Of a DNA stretch of 64,000 nucleotides, positions 26,001-32,733 are shown piece by piece. The number at the start of each line of letters is the position of its first letter. Position 1 is the first letter of the stretch. The notes beneath the pieces were generated by a model, which saw nothing but the letters and a program-made list of their open reading frames with translations, searched no databases and was not told the DNA's origin. The translations under genes were made by a program, and so were the position numbers. The stretch covers positions 136-64,135 of the forward strand of contig JAAOYK010000016.1 in assembly GCA_018221305.1 (NCBI GenBank), read 5' to 3'. The DNA comes from Candidatus Pacearchaeota archaeon (GTDB lineage Archaea > Nanobdellota > Nanobdellia > Pacearchaeales > GW2011-AR1).

Positions 26001-28317
26001 TGATAATCATTCTATTATAGCTGATCCTTTATTTGTTTCTTCTGATCCGCAAGAGGTTGCTGATTTTAAGCTTCAAGAAGGTAGTCCTGCGATTGATAAG
26101 GGTTTAGACTTGTCTGCTATTTTTGATTCTGATTTTGAAGGGAATAAGAGAAATGGGAATTGGGATATTGGTGCTTATGAGTCTAGTGGAGGTGCTTGTA
26201 TTCCTGATTGTGGAGCTAATGTTTGTGGAATGGATCCTGTATGTGGAACATTAGATTGTGGAACTTGTGGAAATGATTTTTGTGCAGGGCTTGATTTTAC
26301 AGATATTTTTTGTAGTTCAGGTAGTTGTGGTTCTCAAATAACAAATTGTGATGATGGGGATGACTGCACAACTGATTCTTGTGCTGATGTAACAGGTTGT
26401 TCAAATACTATTGTTAGTTGCTCTGAATATGATGGAACAGATCAAACAAGTTGTGAAACCAATAGTTGTGGATTAAGTTGTGTTTGGAATAGTCCTAATT
26501 GTGAACTTAGCGCAAGTTTGACAACTTCATTAACTCAGTTTGGAATAACTTGGACTTTTCAAGATCCTGTTCAATATGGAACTTTTGTTAATGGGGATTA
26601 TTGGGTTGTTGACCCGGATGGGGGGGATGTTAATATAATTGACATTTTTCCTGCATCTATTATTGGAGATGGAGCTACCTTGCAAGAAGGAGAGGGATGG
26701 ATAGTTCAAAATGGAAGAACTGTTAATGGTGCAATGAGAAATACTTTGCCTGGACCAAATCATGGATTTGATAGTGATATGCTTACTGGTGCTATGGCAC
26801 AATATAATTCAATCTTAAATGTTGCTAGACCTAGTGAGCAGGATATTTCTGTATTAAATCCTCTTGAACTTAATGCAGGTTCTTCTTTAGTTTCAACTAT
26901 AAGTCTTGAAGTAGGAGATTCTTATGGTATTTATACTCGGAGTGCAGCAATTTTGACTATATTAAATTCTCCTATACAAAATAATTATTATTTTAGACCG
27001 ACATATATTGGAGATGATAAGACTATTCAATTTAATAAAAATCAATTAAATTATTCTATTTTGAAAAACTTAACTCACCCCTCTTCAAATATGTTAACAT
27101 TGCATAAGGATGTATTGGACGATTCATCTGATCAAGATGAAACAGTTGAGAGAATGTTTGAGAGGCCTTGGATTGATTTTATGCCACAAACTGGTGGAAG
27201 AGCATCCCATCCTATTGAAAATATGGGCAGAGCAGGGGTTGATGTAAATGAACAATTTGGAGAAGGGATTTTAATGCTTAACTTAGATTTTACTAACTTA
27301 GAAAAAGAAAATTTGTTTATTAGTGCTGTTCAAAAGGGGATTGATTATTATGGAATTATTCAAAATGGTTCGATTCATCTTTGGATAAACAATGGGGGTC
27401 ATGGGCCTGGAAGAAAATTTCCAATACTTTTTGCAGGTTTTGCTTTAGATAATCAGGAAATGATAAGTATAGCATTGGTTTCAGGAGATTATCGAGATAT
27501 TAATGGTGAGCCAGCAAATCATCCAAATGATTATGTACATTTTGGTGAAGATGATCAGACTTTTTATATTAATCAAACTGATGTAGATAGATGGATAAAC
27601 GACCCTAATTGGCCTAACTGTGCATCTATTTTTAGGCAGCAGTCATGTTCTTGGTGGGATTCATTTGAGCAGGATGATTTAGGAAAACCAGAATGGGGAT
27701 ATTCTCATGCAACATCTCCTGAAAATAGAGATAGTGAACATTGGGATTCAGAATATTTAGGTTTAAATCTGGCAACTTTTCCTCAGCTTACTCTGGCTCT
27801 TAATATTATGGGGCAAAAGCCTGCATGGAATCATCCTTCTTTGTTTGACTTTACAGATAGATGGTGGGACATGACCTGTGTTCAAGGTAGTTGTGGAGAT
27901 TCTCCTCCACCAAGATTTCCATCTACCAGTTCATTTGGTAAATCGATGTGGAATACTTATAGAGATCAGGTTGGATGTAAATATGTTGGATTAAATACTG
28001 TTAGTCATACAAGGCAATATGATTGTGATGGGGATGATGTTGTTGATTTTGATTGTGGTTCTGTTACTTTATGTGATGATTATAATGGAAATACTCGGGC
28101 TGAAGAATATGATCCTTGTGATGTTGGTGGTTGTGAGTCTGAGGGATCTGGTGCGCTACAAGGAATGAGTGCAAGCCTTAAACCAACATTTCTTTCACGT
28201 ATATTTAATTGGTTTAAGTCTATATTTGTTATGAGTGGACAGGTAACTGGAAATTTTGTTTTAACAGACAAACAATTAAAAAGTCAGCAGATTAAATTAA
28301 ATCAGACAAGGATGTAA
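23038..28317 (+). CDS. Giant surface protein 3: signal anchor, LamG-like, beta-helix (PbH1 repeats), Cys-rich module, large unknown C-terminal domain, conserved tail
   Basis: Start set at MEKKKVNKTVV, parallel to the MEKRN start of protein 2; the track ATG at 23005 overlaps the previous gene. IRNSHFSNVGNGIYL / IENNTFRDIG / IQNNHIENVG repeats. CIPDCGANVCGMDPVCGTLDCGTCG. Confidence 0.8.
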   Translation: MEKKKVNKTVVLGLVGVVVISLIIIGILGFFAVSEILNSGTNETGIDNTGLSDPDKPAVGRVSSNVGDLDNKEESKTQTNQTPTIDNSGGSSPGGGSGSNGRVDTNEDVVVEPFCGDWNCGDGEDEVNCSQDCEVGNKDSLLHLGQTGYVVSTGSDFVDLDYSKDFSVEIIVNIPANYGETLYDPIISKSATDTNHVVYPGWALVIGHGEFNDYGKPIQVVVKDGTEGINFRSGGIAGNNYLTLTWDVVTKEAILYVNGDVENSETNSNITSQNIKDVSSDFLIGKLSRSTRTFKRDVMMARLWNRKLSSVEISNTWNNYESNNQHVLPAGFDTTELLSEWLMQESSDVNGTMGITYVKDSVGDNHLELMDGAELSRANGLIDLVYPLDGSTGVDKNPVLRVNGGIGELNGLITKPLQYYFEIDEVSTFDSPALQTSGKYVDYNFVSDWVAYYGKWEPTLKPDTIFYWRVKVRDSSATPIESGWSDVSLFTTEGSQDWYVRPHLPGTNYGIGDGANYDDAWNGLFDVKWKEQGVGAGDTLYICGGQLRQLSNRNYVIPSSYNYMTASGYSDEYPVTITTDCPGDPGKIWGYTNRSGSFIIDWDGPDENNIYSTTDLSVSYMGLLAQDINGLNAILLDRAAGPDLDGLFGAYYYEGGVTYVRLTDGGNPTYRVFDQYGPFIIYTNGQSYIKYENYNSQGLGITLLGKSRGAHIGSQLVGVTYPRRPVSTHMTFEDINISYMKGTGFGLRDGNDYTIIRNSHFSNVGNGIYLSTYKEHGADFVLIENNTFRDIGVFSSGGDAHAIGIQSGNNWIIQNNHIENVGSAIEYFAWSEVPSSNFTIRYNFIKNATAHTTSGSGIVLSGSSSNIAVGTRLENYIYNNIVLNAEDYCYSTNHRDVNYWYNNICYNSSVGFRLDSPWAGAGPNSVIYNNIIVNSDSRFIFANGPADGDWDITSDYNLFYKESGTADFVVQGKSISTSDLAEFQSYGYDNHSIIADPLFVSSDPQEVADFKLQEGSPAIDKGLDLSAIFDSDFEGNKRNGNWDIGAYESSGGACIPDCGANVCGMDPVCGTLDCGTCGNDFCAGLDFTDIFCSSGSCGSQITNCDDGDDCTTDSCADVTGCSNTIVSCSEYDGTDQTSCETNSCGLSCVWNSPNCELSASLTTSLTQFGITWTFQDPVQYGTFVNGDYWVVDPDGGDVNIIDIFPASIIGDGATLQEGEGWIVQNGRTVNGAMRNTLPGPNHGFDSDMLTGAMAQYNSILNVARPSEQDISVLNPLELNAGSSLVSTISLEVGDSYGIYTRSAAILTILNSPIQNNYYFRPTYIGDDKTIQFNKNQLNYSILKNLTHPSSNMLTLHKDVLDDSSDQDETVERMFERPWIDFMPQTGGRASHPIENMGRAGVDVNEQFGEGILMLNLDFTNLEKENLFISAVQKGIDYYGIIQNGSIHLWINNGGHGPGRKFPILFAGFALDNQEMISIALVSGDYRDINGEPANHPNDYVHFGEDDQTFYINQTDVDRWINDPNWPNCASIFRQQSCSWWDSFEQDDLGKPEWGYSHATSPENRDSEHWDSEYLGLNLATFPQLTLALNIMGQKPAWNHPSLFDFTDRWWDMTCVQGSCGDSPPPRFPSTSSFGKSMWNTYRDQVGCKYVGLNTVSHTRQYDCDGDDVVDFDCGSVTLCDDYNGNTRAEEYDPCDVGGCESEGSGALQGMSASLKPTFLSRIFNWFKSIFVMSGQVTGNFVLTDKQLKSQQIKLNQTRM
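23125..23313 (+). repeat. Shared 5' cassette (copy in protein 3)
   Basis: See 18957-19142. Confidence 0.85.
28171..28255 (+). repeat. Shared 3' cassette (copy in protein 3), encoding ASLKPTFLSRIFNWFKSIFVMSGQVTGN
   Basis: See 22908-22992. Confidence 0.9.
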
Positions 28318-28330
28318 AAAGAGGATAAAA

Positions 28331-29140
28331 ATGCAATATGTAATAAAAGCTGATGGTGAAGCTGTAAGGTTTAAGAAAAATAAAATTAAAAAAACACTTC
28401 TTAAGGCAGGAGCAAGCAGAGAGCTTGCAAATTTTATATCAAACAAGATTGAACACAAATTTCGGAAAGGAATGACAACAGAACAAGTTTTAAGATATGC
28501 ATTAAAATTATTGAAAAAGCATAAACGGCCAGAAGTAGCTTATCGATATAATTTAAAACGTGCAATAATGAGCATGGGGCCTGCAGGTTTTGCGTTTGAA
28601 GAATTTATTTCTCAACTTTTAAAAGAGTACGGATATGTGACAACTACTAACAATTTTTTGAAAGGGAAAAATGTTGATCATGAAGTTGATGTAATAGCCA
28701 GAAAAAAATTAGTTGGAATGGTTGAATGTAAATATCATAATCATCCGGGGAATAAAAGTGACTTAAAAGTTGCAATGTATACATATGCACGTTTTTTAGA
28801 TATAAAAAAAAGAAATAAAATTAACTACCCCTGGCTTATAACAAACACAAAATGTACAAATCATGCAATAAGATATTCATTAGGTGTTAAACAAAAAATT
28901 ACAGGATGGCTATATCCAAAAGGAGAAAGTTTGCAAGAACTTATTGTCCGTAAAAATTTGTACCCAACAACAATACTTGGCCCGGTCTATGGGAAAATTA
29001 AAGATATTTTGTCTAAAAATAAAATTTTAATGTGCCGTGATCTAATCAATCCTGATCTTAAAATACTAAGAAATTCTGGAATTAAGGATCGCGATCTCAA
29101 AAATATTTCAATGCAAGCTAAAAAAATTTGCTCATTCTAA
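28331..29140 (+). CDS. ATP-cone domain fused to a restriction-endonuclease-like (Mrr_cat / PD-(D/E)xK) domain
   Basis: N-terminal VIKADGEAVRFKKNKIKKTLLKAGAS...(ATP-cone). Then GFAFEEFISQLL...HEVDVIARKKLVGMVECKYH (D...E.K nuclease core). Confidence 0.6.
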   Translation: MQYVIKADGEAVRFKKNKIKKTLLKAGASRELANFISNKIEHKFRKGMTTEQVLRYALKLLKKHKRPEVAYRYNLKRAIMSMGPAGFAFEEFISQLLKEYGYVTTTNNFLKGKNVDHEVDVIARKKLVGMVECKYHNHPGNKSDLKVAMYTYARFLDIKKRNKINYPWLITNTKCTNHAIRYSLGVKQKITGWLYPKGESLQELIVRKNLYPTTILGPVYGKIKDILSKNKILMCRDLINPDLKILRNSGIKDRDLKNISMQAKKICSF

Positions 29141-29175
29141 AATCACTTCCGAGGTTTACCGTCGACAACAATAAG

Positions 29176-29189
29176 TGAAACTAGTTTCA
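29176..29189. promoter_or_regulatory. Perfect 14-bp palindrome TGAAACTAGTTTCA next to a TATA-like box, upstream of the DsbA-like / copper gene block
   Basis: Read directly. TTTATAAA lies 9 nt downstream. A GAAAC half-site recurs at about 29226. Confidence 0.4.
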
Positions 29190-29251
29190 AACAAATGTTT
29201 ATAAAGGGTTTCTGCAAAAATTATTTTGAAACGGAGGTTGATAAAGATTAA

Positions 29252-29920
29252 ATGACAAACAAAACTTGGAAAGAACTTAAACAAAACCCTTGGTTTTTTG
29301 TATCACTATTCTTGGTACTAATTCTGGTACTATTAGGATATCAAAACCTTAAACCGAATGTATCAGGCAACACTTGCTCCATAGAAAGTGAAATAACTCA
29401 AAGTCCTATAATGAGTAGTGGTGCAATTTTAGGAGATTCTGATGCAAAGGTTACTATTACTGAATATAGTGATTATGAGTGTCCTTTTTGTGCACGTTTT
29501 TTTACTGGAGCGTATCCACAAATAAAAAGTGAATATATAGAAACCGGCAAGGTTAAGCTTGAGTTTAAAGATTTTCCACTAAGTTTTCATGCAAATGCAC
29601 AGAAAGCAGCAGAAGCTGCAAAATGTTCAGGTGAACAAGACAAATACTTTCAGATGCATGATAAATTGTTTGGTTTAGGAGTAGTTGGTGGAGTTAATAC
29701 CTTTAAAAAATATGCAAAAGATATTGATCTTGATACAGACAAGTTTGACCAATGTCTTGATTCAGGAAAGTATGCTTCACAAGTTCAAGCAGAATTTCGT
29801 GAAGGGCAACAAAAAGGCGTAAGCGGAACCCCAACTTTTTTTATAAACGATCAAAAGATTGTTGGTGCGCAGCCATTTGAAGCATTCCAGCAGATCATTG
29901 AACAAGAACTAAACAAATAA
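29252..29920 (+). CDS. Membrane-anchored DsbA-family thiol:disulfide oxidoreductase
   Basis: N-terminal TM. CPFC active site in the YSDYECPFCARF context. GTPTFFIND cis-Pro loop. Confidence 0.8.
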   Translation: MTNKTWKELKQNPWFFVSLFLVLILVLLGYQNLKPNVSGNTCSIESEITQSPIMSSGAILGDSDAKVTITEYSDYECPFCARFFTGAYPQIKSEYIETGKVKLEFKDFPLSFHANAQKAAEAAKCSGEQDKYFQMHDKLFGLGVVGGVNTFKKYAKDIDLDTDKFDQCLDSGKYASQVQAEFREGQQKGVSGTPTFFINDQKIVGAQPFEAFQQIIEQELNK

Positions 29921-29925
29921 AAAAA

Positions 29926-29944
29926 TTTATTTTTTTTATTTTTT
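29926..29944 (+). terminator. Oligo-T tract after the DsbA-like gene
   Basis: TTTATTTTTTTTATTTTTT immediately after the stop. Confidence 0.35.
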
Positions 29945-29978
29945 ATTATTATAATCAACATAGAAATCATAAACAAAA

Positions 29979-31445
29979 ATGACAAAAAAAACATTCAAAA
30001 TTAAAGGGATGCATTGTAATTCATGCAGTAGACTAATTGAAGACTCGCTAAAAGATAAAGTTGACGAAATTAATGTCAGTTATTCGCGCGAAACTGCACA
30101 AATTGAATTTAATCCAGAAAAAATTAGTGAAGAAGAGATAAAAACCAAAATCAAACATCTTGGGTATGATATTGAAAAAGAGGTTGGAGCGAAAAAAAGT
30201 CAAAAAAAAGTTAATTCAAACAATGTCGGATGGATTGTTGCTATTGCAAGTGTATTATTCTTTGTATTTTTAATATATTATCTTTTTTTAAGAGACTTAA
30301 ATTTAGAAATACCTGGAGCAGGAGATTCTGCAGGGATCATATTATTATTTTTCGTAGGAATTTTAACAGGATTTCATTGCGTTTCAATGTGTGGAGGCTT
30401 TGTTGTATCATACACAGCTAAGAATGCAACAAAAGGCCATAAAGGATTTAAGCAACACTTAATCTACGGAGGTTCAAAAGTCATGTCTTATGCAATTATT
30501 GGGGGCCTCTTTGGACTAATTGGTGGAATTTTTGCATTCAGTGCCAAATTAAAAGGATATGTTGCTATTTTTGCAGGAACTTTCATGATTTTTTATGCTT
30601 TATCAATGATGGGACTAAAATTTTTCAGACGTTTTCAGTTCAATCCTAAATTTCTAACACATCTCACAACAAAGGCCAGCGCAAAAGCAAAAGGTCCATA
30701 TTTTGGGCCTTTTGTTGTTGGCCTTTTATCAGGATTATTTATAGCCTGCGGACCATTACAAGCAATGTATTTATACGCTGCAGGGACAGGTAGCTTTTTA
30801 TCAGGATCACTTGGCTTAGCAGCGTTCGGTTTAGGAACCCTACCTATAATGATCGGATTTGGGAGCTTAACAACTGTGATTAGTAAAGGAGCTACAAAAA
30901 AGATACTAAAACTTTCAGCAATAATCGTGTTAGTACTAGGATTAGTTATGCTAAATCGAGGATTAACTGTCATGGGAAGTAGCATAACTTATGACGCATT
31001 AAAAGAAAAAATTATCAAACCTGACACAAGTGACGCTATTATAAGGAACGGATATCAAGAAATTAATATGGAAGTTAACCGTTATGGCTGGACTCCTGAC
31101 AGTTTTGTATTAAAAAAAGGTGTGCCTGTCAAATGGAATATTAATGTTATAGGACTTACAGGATGTAATAATGAAATAATTGTTCCAAGTTATGATATTG
31201 ATATTAAGTTAAAAAAAGGTATGCAAACAGTTGAGTTTACTCCAACCAAAACTGGTACAATTCGTTGGAGTTGCTGGATGGGAATGATTCCTGGAAGTTT
31301 TATTGTAACTAATGACGGGGCTGCAACAGAAGAGCAAATTCAAGAAGTACAAGCAACCGCCCCAAGTGGCGGAAGTTGTGGTGGAAGCTGCGGCGGATCA
31401 ACATGTGGTGCAAAAACCGGAGGAAGTTGTGGATGCGGCGGTTAA
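29979..31445 (+). CDS. HMA domain + DsbD_2/TauE-like permease + cupredoxin-like domain + Cys/Gly-rich tail
   Basis: MHCNSC (MxCxxC). TM core with GFHCVSMCGG. C-terminal EFTPTKTGTIRWSCWMGMIPG. Tail GGSCGGSCGGSTCGAKTGGSCGCGG. Confidence 0.7.
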   Translation: MTKKTFKIKGMHCNSCSRLIEDSLKDKVDEINVSYSRETAQIEFNPEKISEEEIKTKIKHLGYDIEKEVGAKKSQKKVNSNNVGWIVAIASVLFFVFLIYYLFLRDLNLEIPGAGDSAGIILLFFVGILTGFHCVSMCGGFVVSYTAKNATKGHKGFKQHLIYGGSKVMSYAIIGGLFGLIGGIFAFSAKLKGYVAIFAGTFMIFYALSMMGLKFFRRFQFNPKFLTHLTTKASAKAKGPYFGPFVVGLLSGLFIACGPLQAMYLYAAGTGSFLSGSLGLAAFGLGTLPIMIGFGSLTTVISKGATKKILKLSAIIVLVLGLVMLNRGLTVMGSSITYDALKEKIIKPDTSDAIIRNGYQEINMEVNRYGWTPDSFVLKKGVPVKWNINVIGLTGCNNEIIVPSYDIDIKLKKGMQTVEFTPTKTGTIRWSCWMGMIPGSFIVTNDGAATEEQIQEVQATAPSGGSCGGSCGGSTCGAKTGGSCGCGG

Positions 31446-31531
31446 GGCAAACTTTTTTAGAAAAACAAGTTTGATCAAAAAATTAACTTTTGATGCCAAA
31501 AGTTAAATCAAAAGCTAAACTAAAACAAAAC

Positions 31532-31744
31532 ATGAAAAAGATATTTAAAATAAAAGGAATGCATTGCGCAAGTTGTGAAAAACTGCTTGAAATGGAGCTA
31601 CAAGAGGATGTTAATAGTATAAAGGTTAGCCATGAAAAAGGTATGGCAGAAATTGATTTTGATAGCAACAAGATTAGTGAAAAAAATATTAAAAATAAAA
31701 TAAAAAAGTGTGGATTTAAAGTGAAAGGAGGATTATTTAATTAA
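31532..31744 (+). CDS. copZ: Copper chaperone (single HMA domain)
   Basis: MKKIFKIKGMHCASCEKLLE. Start moved to the ATG giving the canonical about 70-aa HMA protein. Confidence 0.8.
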   Translation: MKKIFKIKGMHCASCEKLLEMELQEDVNSIKVSHEKGMAEIDFDSNKISEKNIKNKIKKCGFKVKGGLFN

Positions 31745-31746
31745 AA

Positions 31747-32223
31747 ATGGACAAAAAAGTAATATTTGGAATAGGGGTATTTGCATTAGCTGCACTAATC
31801 TACTTTATGTTTGGAAAAGGTAGCAGTGTTAATGGGAACGCAGTAGCAATCTCAACAGAAATTATTGATGAAGGTGATATGATCAAAATCCCATTGTCAG
31901 CAATATCAACAAAAGCTCAATTTCAAGAATATAACAGTAATGGTGTTGATATTGAATACTTTATTGTAAAAGCTAAAGATGGTTCAATCAAAGCAGCGTT
32001 TAATGCATGTGATGTTTGTTACAGGTCAAAAAAAGGCTATCGTCAACAAGGCAGTGATATGATATGTAACAATTGTGGAAATCATTACGCAATATCAGGC
32101 CTTGGAACAAAAAATCTTAATGGCGGTGGATGCTGGCCAGGATATCTTCCAGCGAGACAACAAGGAGACTACCTAATCATTGAGAAAAATGATATTGAAC
32201 AAGGAAAATATAGGTTTGCATAA
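31747..32223 (+). CDS. DUF2318/FtrD-like membrane-anchored Cys-rich protein
   Basis: N-terminal TM. ACDVCYRSKKGY...MICNNCGNHY...GGCWP. Confidence 0.55.
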   Translation: MDKKVIFGIGVFALAALIYFMFGKGSSVNGNAVAISTEIIDEGDMIKIPLSAISTKAQFQEYNSNGVDIEYFIVKAKDGSIKAAFNACDVCYRSKKGYRQQGSDMICNNCGNHYAISGLGTKNLNGGGCWPGYLPARQQGDYLIIEKNDIEQGKYRFA

Positions 32224-32230
32224 AACCTGC

Positions 32231-32245
32231 TTTTTTATTTTTTTT
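32231..32245 (+). terminator. Oligo-T tract after the DUF2318-like gene
   Basis: TTTTTTATTTTTTTT 8 nt after the stop. Confidence 0.35.
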
Positions 32246-32273
32246 ATTTAATTAAATATATTTAAGAGGAAAA

Positions 32274-32447
32274 ATGAAACAAGAAATGAAATGCCCGATA
32301 TGTACACAGAAAGTTTATAGTAGTATTGGTTATGGCTGCAGAATGTGTGGTATGGCTTTAGAAAATAAAACTAGTAATTTTTGCTGTAAAATCTGCATGA
32401 GGAAATATAAGACAATAAATAAAAGGGCTAAAGCCTTAGTATTATAA
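32274..32447 (+). CDS. Small zinc-ribbon protein (57 aa); not in the ORF track
   Basis: MKQEMKCPICTQKV...CRMCGMAL...FCCKICMRKY. AAGAGGA 5 nt upstream. Confidence 0.4.
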   Translation: MKQEMKCPICTQKVYSSIGYGCRMCGMALENKTSNFCCKICMRKYKTINKRAKALVL

Positions 32448-32453
32448 ATAAAT

Positions 32454-32705
32454 ATGGACACAAAAATGAAAAATAAAAATAGATTATTTATTTTTGCAAG
32501 CATTTTAGTGATTCTAGTAATGACAAGTTTTGTAGCTGCTCATGAAGGTGTTGATGACTCAGCGCATCATTGTGGTATGGGAACCATGATGTATGGTAGC
32601 TATGGATTTGGGCCAATGCTTTTTGGATGGGCGATTGGCTTATTAGTATTAGTTGCGTTAGTGTTACTTATAGTATGGCTCATAAAGCAAATACAAAAAA
32701 AATAA
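32454..32705 (+). CDS. Small membrane protein with a His/Met-rich exposed segment (possible Cu-binding)
   Basis: Signal-like helix, [21 protein letters not shown]-terminal TM. Confidence 0.45.
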   Translation: MDTKMKNKNRLFIFASILVILVMTSFVAAHEGVDDSAHHCGMGTMMYGSYGFGPMLFGWAIGLLVLVALVLLIVWLIKQIQKK

Positions 32706-32733
32706 AAATTTTAATCAGTTAAAAGAACAAAAC

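Noticed and set aside
31485-31504. Hairpin AACTTTTG-atgc-CAAAAGTT and the TTTGATCAAA palindrome between the HMA-permease and copZ, as a terminator or operator
   Set aside because: The stems are short and AT-rich, there is no clear trailing T-tract, and no second copy exists. The support is too weak to call.
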